The notes under the pieces: generated by a model
Databases searched by the model: none
Told to the model about the DNA's origin: nothing
The model's input: only the letters and a program-made list of their open reading frames with translations
Shown: piece after piece, positions 26,090-32,000 of the stretch
How positions within the stretch are numbered: position 1 is the first letter of the stretch
Layout of the letters: every line of letters begins with the position of its first letter
Position numbers and translations under genes: made by a program
Origin: Acaryochloris marina S15
GTDB taxonomy: Bacteria; Cyanobacteriota; Cyanobacteriia; Thermosynechococcales; Thermosynechococcaceae
Direction of reading: 5' to 3'
DNA: 32,000 nt
Assembly: GCF_018336915.1 (NCBI RefSeq)
Contig: NZ_CP064923.1
Location: 2,010,001-2,042,000 of the forward strand

Positions 26090-26695
26090 TTGCTTAATCA
26101 ACCCATCGAACACTCAAGGCATGGACTTGAGAAGGATACCCCTGTGTTTAAATTACTCAAATATTGGTCACTTAAAATTGACGGAATAAGCACCCGTATT
26201 GGCTCGCTTAGTTCCTGGTTCGTCTTATGCATGATTTTGATTGGAGCCTGGAATGTAGTGGGTCGATATGTGGGCCGTATTATTGGCACTAATTTATCGT
26301 CGAATACACTTCTGGAGCTACAGTGGCAGCTATTTGCAGCGGTCGTATTTCTAGGGGCTGCCTGTACCTTAAAGCAGAACGAGCATGTCCGGGTGGATGT
26401 GTTTTATAAGGACTTAAACCCGAGACAAAAAGGTCTTGCCAATCTCTTGGGCACGCTGGTATTTCTAGTGCCCTTTAGCATCACCCTTATCTATGTCTCT
26501 TGGCGCTCCGTCTGGAATGCCTGTGCTATTTGGGAAGTTTCGCCCAACCCCGGTGGGTTGCCCCTGTGTCCCCCGAAAGCGCTGATGATCCTTGGCTTCT
26601 TGCTCTTATTGGCCCAGGGATGTTCGGAAGCGATTAAAAGCTGGGAAATATTCAGAGCTGGATTGCCTACAAGCGAGGACAAGCATCATGGCTGA
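26090..26695 (+). CDS. dctQ: TRAP transporter small permease, DctQ family
   Basis: About 4 TM helices (SSWFVLCMILIGAWNVVGRY, LQWQLFAAVVFLGAACTL, LANLLGTLVFLVPFSITLIYV, ALMILGFLLLLAQG). Lies between dctP and dctM. Start uncertain (TTG 26090 or GTG 26144). Confidence 0.7.
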   Translation: MLNQPIEHSRHGLEKDTPVFKLLKYWSLKIDGISTRIGSLSSWFVLCMILIGAWNVVGRYVGRIIGTNLSSNTLLELQWQLFAAVVFLGAACTLKQNEHVRVDVFYKDLNPRQKGLANLLGTLVFLVPFSITLIYVSWRSVWNACAIWEVSPNPGGLPLCPPKALMILGFLLLLAQGCSEAIKSWEIFRAGLPTSEDKHHG

Positions 26696-28019
26696 AGGCG
26701 GATTTGGATTACTGATGTTTGCAGGGGCTTTGGCACTTCTGTCTTTGGGGTACCCCGTTGCCTTCTCTTTGGGAGGGGTTGCCATTGGCTTTGGTTTTAT
26801 TGGGGTGGGGTTTGGGGTGTTCGATCCCATCTTTTTGACAGCCTTGCCCTATCGCATTTACGGCATTATGGAAAACTACACGCTCCTGGCCATTCCCTAT
26901 TTTATTTTTCTAGGAGCGATGTTGGATAAAACGGGGATTGCTAAGCGCCTACTGGAAACCATTGGACTACTCTTAGGACGTGTCCGAGGTGGGTTAGCCA
27001 TAGCTATTATTTTGGTTGGCGCATTGCTGGCAGCATCAACAGGGGTTGTTGCTGCCACTGTGGTGATGATGGGCCTTATTTCGATGCCGATCATGCTGGA
27101 GCATGGCTATAGCAAAGAATTAGCGGCGGGCGTGATTGTCGCCTCTGGAACCTTGGGGCAAATCATTCCCCCCAGTTTGGTACTGATTGTTCTGGGCGAT
27201 CAACTAGGAATATCCGTTGGAGACCTATTTATGGGGTCTGTCATTCCCGGTCTCATGATGGTGGGTGCTTTTGTCGGCCATGTGCTTCTCATGGTTCACT
27301 TAAAACCAGAAATGGCTCCAGCGCTTCCTCCTGAAGCATCAAAAGTGAATCGTATCTGGCTTAGACAACAAGTGTTGAGAGCCGTATTGCCCCCTCTTTT
27401 CTTGATCATATTGGTCCTTGGCAGCATCTTTTTTGGGATTGCGACCCCCACTGAGGCAGGGGCTGTGGGATGTATCGGCACCATGGTTCTCGCCCAAGCT
27501 TATGGCCAATTGAATGGGCCTGCTCTGCAAGAAGTCTGTCAATCCACCCTGCGATTTACTTGCATGGTGATCTTTATTTTGATTGGCTCCACTGCCTTTT
27601 CACTCGTGTTTCGAGGTTTACAGGGCGATCGCTTATTGTTTGATCTATTGGTCAATTTGCCGGGTGGAAAAATCGGGTTTCTACTGGTCAATATGCTGGT
27701 TATCTTTTTGCTGGGATTCTTTATTGATTTCTTTGAAATTGCCTTTATATTGATGCCCATTTTTGCTCCAGTTGCTGAGTCGTTAGGGCTAGATTTGGTT
27801 TGGTATGGTGTCGTCATTGGAGCTAATTTGCAGACCTCATTCTTGACCCCACCTTTTGGGTTTGCGCTGTTTTTCTTAAGAGGGGTTGCGCCACCAGAAG
27901 TGACCACTCAAGATATCTATCGGGGGGCCATCCCGTTTATCTGTGTGCAGCTAATCATCCTGGCTCTAATCATTATCTTTCCAAGTACAGTCACTTTTTT
28001 GCCTTCAACTCTAAGTTGA
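26688..28019 (+). CDS. dctM: TRAP transporter large permease, DctM family
   Basis: The track ORF begins at 26592 inside dctQ. The ATG at 26688 (MAEGGFGLLMFAGALALLSLGYPVAFSLGG…) gives the typical DctM N-terminus and an 8-nt ATGGCTGA overlap with the dctQ stop. Polytopic throughout. Confidence 0.9.
   Translation: MAEGGFGLLMFAGALALLSLGYPVAFSLGGVAIGFGFIGVGFGVFDPIFLTALPYRIYGIMENYTLLAIPYFIFLGAMLDKTGIAKRLLETIGLLLGRVRGGLAIAIILVGALLAASTGVVAATVVMMGLISMPIMLEHGYSKELAAGVIVASGTLGQIIPPSLVLIVLGDQLGISVGDLFMGSVIPGLMMVGAFVGHVLLMVHLKPEMAPALPPEASKVNRIWLRQQVLRAVLPPLFLIILVLGSIFFGIATPTEAGAVGCIGTMVLAQAYGQLNGPALQEVCQSTLRFTCMVIFILIGSTAFSLVFRGLQGDRLLFDLLVNLPGGKIGFLLVNMLVIFLLGFFIDFFEIAFILMPIFAPVAESLGLDLVWYGVVIGANLQTSFLTPPFGFALFFLRGVAPPEVTTQDIYRGAIPFICVQLIILALIIIFPSTVTFLPSTLS
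27625..27632. repeat. HIP1 palindrome GCGATCGC
   Basis: Exact 8-mer read in sequence. Confidence 0.95.
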
Positions 28020-28305
28020 ATTTGCTTGAACTATAACGAGTCAATAGATCTCATTCTTGATGTAGTTTGAAGTTGGTTTAGTGCTTTGTCTTAATTGCTT
28101 GAGGTAGATGCTCAATTGTGTGCTTAGTCACTCTTTTGATAGCTAGATTTAATGAGAATAACTCCAGATTTGAAATCGATTTAAGCCCTGAGTTATTGAT
28201 TTTAGAAATTTGCAGAAACTGGAGATCTTTTCCATATAGATCAATAAGCTAGCCGCCTGCTCAATGCAGTGGAACTTACCAATATCAAAAATATGGAGAC
28301 AAATA

Positions 28306-29070
28306 ATGAAGCACTTCCTCTATTGGTTTTTAGGTGATACTGCTGGGCGAACGATTGTAGCTTGGTGGAATTGGTTGTGGGGAAAGCCCCTGGAGTCTGG
28401 AGGGGAAGTGACCCTAGAAGCAGCAAAAGAATCCCTGGCTCAAATGCAGGGTTCTGTCCAAAAATTAACTGAATCAGTCTCTAGAGTGATGGCTGTTTAC
28501 CAGCAGGCTCAGGGGCGATACGAAGTCAAGAAAAAGGAACTTAGCCATGCTGAAGAACAAGCCGGTTTGGCTATGGATCAGGGCAATGATGAGGCAACTA
28601 GAATTGCGATCGCAAGAGTGATCTCCTTAGAGCAACTCCTGCCGCAACTCCAAGAGCGAGTTGAACAAGCCCAGAATATGAAGCGGGAATCCCAACAAAA
28701 ACTGCAAGCAGAGCGAGAAAAGCTAGAGGCTTGCAAATTGGAGATGGGAAATCTCAAAGCTATTTCAGAAATGAATGAAGCGTTGAACCAGGTCATGACC
28801 CTAACGAGTGAATTTGGCCTAGACACTGCTCGATCTCAGTTTGATGATTCTGAGCAAGCCATCAAAAATCGTCATCTCCAGATTAATAGCCAGTTCGAAC
28901 TATCGCGAAATCCCCACGAGCAATTTGAACAACAACTAAACCAGCTCAGCCAAGCTGATGCCATTGAGCAGCGGCTGCAAAAACTGCGTCGACAAAAAGA
29001 GGCGCATTTAAAAGCAGTCCCAGATATTCGGCAAACCCGTCCCGCAAAATCTGAGCCAGAACCAGGATAA
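28306..29070 (+). CDS. PspA/IM30 (Vipp1-like) family coiled-coil protein with an atypical Trp-rich hydrophobic N-terminus
   Basis: ATG 28306 is preceded by GGAG at 28295-28298. Coiled-coil register parallels PspA/Vipp1: LEAAKESLAQMQGSVQKLTESVSRV…, HAEEQAGLAMDQGNDEATRIAIARVISLEQLLPQLQERVEQAQ…, KLEACKLEMGNLKA…, ARSQFDDSEQAIKNR. The N-terminus MKHFLYWFLGDTAGRTIVAWWNWLWG is unusual for the family. Confidence 0.55.
   Translation: MKHFLYWFLGDTAGRTIVAWWNWLWGKPLESGGEVTLEAAKESLAQMQGSVQKLTESVSRVMAVYQQAQGRYEVKKKELSHAEEQAGLAMDQGNDEATRIAIARVISLEQLLPQLQERVEQAQNMKRESQQKLQAEREKLEACKLEMGNLKAISEMNEALNQVMTLTSEFGLDTARSQFDDSEQAIKNRHLQINSQFELSRNPHEQFEQQLNQLSQADAIEQRLQKLRRQKEAHLKAVPDIRQTRPAKSEPEPG
28606..28613. 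repeat. HIP1 palindrome GCGATCGC
   Basis: Exact 8-mer read in sequence. Confidence 0.95.
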
Positions 29071-29116
29071 CGCCACCCATCGCAGAAAAAAATAATGAAA
29101 CTACTTGTAGGTGAAT

Positions 29117-30472
29117 ATGATGCAATTTAAAGCTGCCCTCCCTAAAATCCCCCCTATCCTCTATTTACTAGGCATAGGGGGAGTTATGGGATTTTCTCTT
29201 AATGCTCCCAACTGGCTTGATCGGCAGCCGGATAGTCTAGCGAACCGTCGTAGTCTGGGACAAATCAGCTTTAGTCAAGCCAATGCCAGTGAAGCAGAAC
29301 GCCAAGGTATTCAAGCGTTTGCGGACGGAAACTATAATGCTGCTTCAACTTATTTCACTTTTGCCAGCAAGGCTTCTCCCTCTGATCCCATTCCCCTCAT
29401 CTATGGTGAAAATGCTCGGTGGATAAACCAAAAACCGCTGCATGTAGCTGCCATGGTTCCCCTGGGGAGCAACCGAGAAGTTGCCCTAGAGATGCTACGG
29501 GGGCTAGCTATGGCCCAACAAGACTATAACCGTGGCCCTAATAAGGTGGTCATCGAAATATTTAACGATGAGAATGATCCAGAGTTAGCAAAAACCATTG
29601 CCCAGCAGATTGTTAAAGATGCCAGCATCAAAGCCGTGATTGGTCCGAATGCCTCGAATGCTGCGTTGCATGCAGGTCCTATTTTCAATGCGGCTGGAGT
29701 GGTGATGATTACGCCTACTAGTTTTGCCAACCAGCTGTCGGGGCTTGGAGAATATATTTTTCGAACCACTCCCAAGATTCGGCATCTCACCGATACCCTT
29801 GCCCACTATTCAGTCCACCAAGTTCGGCGAAAAAAGGTAGCAGTTTGTTATGACTCGGATGCCGCCGACAACCTTTCTTTTAAGGATGAGTTTATTGCTG
29901 CTCTACTGGAGCAAGGGGGAACACATATTCCCACAGACTGTGATTTTTCATCTCCTGCCTTTGATGCTAAGGATATGGTCGCAAAGCTGATTAGTGATGG
30001 TGCAGATGCCGTTCTCCTCACCCCTCATATCGATCGATTGGATCGCTTGATAGATCTATCCCGTGAGAACAAATGGCGAATGGTGTTAATGGGTAGCCCC
30101 AGTCTACAAACCCGAAAGATTTTGGAAATTGGTCAGGGAGATTTGAATGGCGTTGTTATTCCTGTTCCCTATCATGCTGAGATGCCAACTGCTCAAGCCT
30201 TTGCCAAGGAGGTCAAAGCTCAGTTTGAGGTTGTTCCCACCTGGCGAACCTTTGCCTCCATGGATGCCCTCAGTGCCATTCTAAAAGTGGGGCAGCATTC
30301 CACCCGTCGACCGCAATTTCAGCAACGATTGCGGTCAGCCAACTTCAAGATGAGTGGATCTGCAGAAGACGTCCGATTCTTGCCCTCCGGTGATCGGATC
30401 GGGAACAGTGTCTTAGTTCAAATTCGCCCCGCAGCCAAGGGATATCACTTTCGCCTGATCAGTTCGAAATAA
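29117..30472 (+). CDS. Membrane-anchored type-I solute-binding protein (LivK/Peripla_BP_6-like), paralogue of the CHAT protein's sensor domain
   Basis: The track starts at GTG 29111; ATGs at 29117 and 29120. N-terminal TM PPILYLLGIGGVMGFSL. Then SLGQ…ERQGIQAFADGNYNAA…DPIPLIYGENA, followed by VAAMVPLGSN…LRGLAMAQQDYN…IEIFNDENDP…AVIGPNASN…VMITPTS…YIFRTTP…WRTFASMDAL…GSAEDVRFLPSGDR. Same order of motifs as aa 405-865 of the CHAT protein. Confidence 0.75.
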   Translation: MMQFKAALPKIPPILYLLGIGGVMGFSLNAPNWLDRQPDSLANRRSLGQISFSQANASEAERQGIQAFADGNYNAASTYFTFASKASPSDPIPLIYGENARWINQKPLHVAAMVPLGSNREVALEMLRGLAMAQQDYNRGPNKVVIEIFNDENDPELAKTIAQQIVKDASIKAVIGPNASNAALHAGPIFNAAGVVMITPTSFANQLSGLGEYIFRTTPKIRHLTDTLAHYSVHQVRRKKVAVCYDSDAADNLSFKDEFIAALLEQGGTHIPTDCDFSSPAFDAKDMVAKLISDGADAVLLTPHIDRLDRLIDLSRENKWRMVLMGSPSLQTRKILEIGQGDLNGVVIPVPYHAEMPTAQAFAKEVKAQFEVVPTWRTFASMDALSAILKVGQHSTRRPQFQQRLRSANFKMSGSAEDVRFLPSGDRIGNSVLVQIRPAAKGYHFRLISSK

Positions 30473-30593
30473 CTCAGATTCATAGACTGTCATTTTTCTG
30501 AGAGATGAGTCGAGAGATAGGTACATTAGGATGGATTGTTGACTTCATACCTATTTCCTAACTACCCAACTCGGTCCCCTTTTTTTATCAAGG

Positions 30594-31520
30594 ATGAGCT
30601 GCATGCTACCCATTGTCTATTCAGATCGCTTTCTTGAGCATTTGACGGGTCCCTATCATCCAGAAAAACCAGAACGCTTAACGGCGATCAAAACAGCACT
30701 AGAGCATGCACCCTGGGCTGATCAATTACAGTGGCTACCGCCAACTCCTGTAACTCAACGAGATCCCTTAAATTGGATCAACCGTATTCATACCACCGAC
30801 TATATCCAGCAAGTTCAATCCTTGGCTGAAGCGGGGGGCAGTTATCTCGATCCCGACACAGTGGTGTCTCCTCAAAGTTATGAAGTGGCTTTGCTGGCAG
30901 TGAATGCTTGGTTAGATGGAGTGGATCAGGTGCTAGCCCACCAATTCCCCGCCTTTGTGTTGGCAAGACCCCCAGGACACCATGCTGTACAAGAGACGGG
31001 CATGGGTTTTTGCCTGTTTTCGAATGCTGCGATCGCAGCCCACTACGCCCTCACTCAACCCGGAATAGAACGAGTCGCCATTCTTGATTGGGATGTTCAC
31101 CACGGGAATGGCACTCAGGCGATTGTTGAGTCTCATCCCCAAATTGCCTACTGCTCCCTTCATCAATCCCCTTGCTATCCCGGTACAGGGACTGCGGGTG
31201 AAACCGGTTTACATGGCAATATCTTGAATTTACCGATGCAGGCAGGCAGCACCCTAGCGGACTATGAGCCACAATTTAGAAACAAAATTATGCCTTTTTT
31301 TGAGGTTTTTAAGCCAGATCTACTGTTGGTCAGCGCTGGTTACGATGCCAACGCCGCCGATCCATTAGCGGGAGTTAATTTAGCGCCCCAAGATTATGGT
31401 GTTTTTACTCAGTACTGCCTACAACTGACCTCCAAGATACTATTTGGTTTAGAGGGCGGATATGACTTACCTGCTTTAGCTCAGTCTGTGTTTTCCACTA
31501 TTGAAATCTGTTTGAAATGA
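30594..31520 (+). CDS. Histone deacetylase-family (HDAC/AcuC/acetylpolyamine amidohydrolase-like) Zn-dependent deacetylase
   Basis: 308 aa. HPEKPERL, ARPPGHHA, GFCLFSNAAIA, ILDWDVHHGNGTQ, SLHQSPCYPGTG, VSAGYDA, LEGGYD: the complete HDAC class signature set. Confidence 0.88.
   Translation: MSCMLPIVYSDRFLEHLTGPYHPEKPERLTAIKTALEHAPWADQLQWLPPTPVTQRDPLNWINRIHTTDYIQQVQSLAEAGGSYLDPDTVVSPQSYEVALLAVNAWLDGVDQVLAHQFPAFVLARPPGHHAVQETGMGFCLFSNAAIAAHYALTQPGIERVAILDWDVHHGNGTQAIVESHPQIAYCSLHQSPCYPGTGTAGETGLHGNILNLPMQAGSTLADYEPQFRNKIMPFFEVFKPDLLLVSAGYDANAADPLAGVNLAPQDYGVFTQYCLQLTSKILFGLEGGYDLPALAQSVFSTIEICLK
31029..31036. repeat. HIP1 palindrome GCGATCGC
   Basis: Exact 8-mer read in sequence. Confidence 0.95.
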
Positions 31521-31709
31521 CTGGGCGGCCATTGTTTTTAATGAACGGAAATAGGGTAGATTTTTCTAAATTGAATCTGATCCTGCTGTGACTTGCAGTA
31601 GCAGAGCTTCTTATCTAAAATGCTTGATCTACTTGTCATTCTTTATCCAAGTAAAAACATGGGTATCCTAATCCCAAAGAATTAAGCTGCCTCTACAGCC
31701 ATATTAGTG

Positions 31710-32000
31710 ATGCAATATTCTAAAGCTTTACTCTGCGTTGTCACGTTGCTCAGCATCCCTCTAATCAGTTCGTGCAAAGAAATGACCCAAATTCAAGCTC
31801 AAAATAAGTATCTCAATGCAACCCTAAAGCCTGGAGTTGGCTTTGGCGATATTAACCTGCGCTCTACTACCCTGAGAGAAATCACTGCCCAGCTAGGACG
31901 GAACTATAAACGGAAAGTGCGTGGGTTTACTGAATCAAAATGTGATAACGGAGTATGTACATCTAGCCCCTTGGAACTCATCACCATTAACTATAAATCC
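31710..32000 (+). CDS. 5' part of a putative lipoprotein gene (runs off the window)
   Basis: Not in the ORF track. From ATG 31710 the frame stays open to base 32000 (97 codons by my own translation): MQYSKALLCVVTLLSIPLISSCKEMTQ…. Signal peptide with a lipobox-like LISSC. Confidence 0.4.
   Translation, partial: MQYSKALLCVVTLLSIPLISSCKEMTQIQAQNKYLNATLKPGVGFGDINLRSTTLREITAQLGRNYKRKVRGFTESKCDNGVCTSSPLELITINYKS

Noticed and set aside
26592-26687. 5' extension of dctM proposed by the ORF track (start at 26592, inside dctQ)
   Set aside because: The extension (MASCSYWPRDVRKRLKAGKY…) is non-hydrophobic and overlaps dctQ by about 100 nt. The ATG at 26688 gives the conserved DctM N-terminus and the usual 8-nt coupling overlap.
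25236-27907. Antisense/off-frame ORFs within dctP, dctQ and dctM (for example 25236-25484, 25385-25651, 25722-26054, 26606-26830, 26897-27094, 27539-27907)
   Set aside because: All lie opposite strongly supported TRAP transporter genes. They are rich in Pro/Arg/Ser/Lys, as expected from reverse-frame translation of hydrophobic membrane-protein codons.
1-32000. CRISPR arrays, tRNA/rRNA genes and long tandem or dispersed repeats other than HIP1
   Set aside because: I read all intergenic regions. I saw no regularly spaced direct repeats, no cloverleaf-compatible 70-90-nt segment and no rRNA-like sequence.

Overview
The window reads as a 32-kb cyanobacterial chromosomal segment. Support: nine exact copies of the HIP1 palindrome GCGATCGC, a plant-type [2Fe-2S] ferredoxin, a Ycf46-like AAA+ ATPase and a TolC-type outer-membrane factor. 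Coding is dense on both strands (about 30 genes). I saw no rRNA, tRNA or CRISPR array. Recognisable genes are lysS, trxA, a PetF-like ferredoxin, a Bcp/PrxQ peroxiredoxin, a 7TM-HD phosphohydrolase, a GltS-type Na+/glutamate symporter, a DctPQM TRAP transporter and an HDAC-family deacetylase. There is also one apparently intact IS630-family element whose transposase needs a -1 frameshift on an A8G run. The most interesting region is 20.1-24.6 kb on the minus strand. It is a tight three-gene operon encoding an ECF-like sigma factor, a DUF1822-like protein and an 865-aa protein. In that protein a cytoplasmic CHAT (caspase-like) domain with an intact His/Cys dyad is joined by one TM helix to an extracytoplasmic LivK-type solute-binding domain. 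I propose a ligand-gated protease -> anti-sigma -> sigma signalling module. It would parallel the Csx29/Csx30/sigma axis of type III-E CRISPR systems but is not CRISPR-linked. A membrane-anchored stand-alone paralogue of the sensor domain, paired with a PspA/IM30-like gene, lies at 28.3-30.5 kb. A TRAP transporter is divergently transcribed from the sigma operon. Secondary observations: a ferredoxin-thioredoxin-Zn-ribbon-CBS operon whose CBS protein ends in a CP12-like tail; an AT-rich islet with orphan membrane ORFs; a catalytic-domain-less serine-recombinase fragment; an ADP-ribosylglycohydrolase-like protein with substituted metal-site residues. All homology statements come from reading the translations by eye. 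No database search was run.
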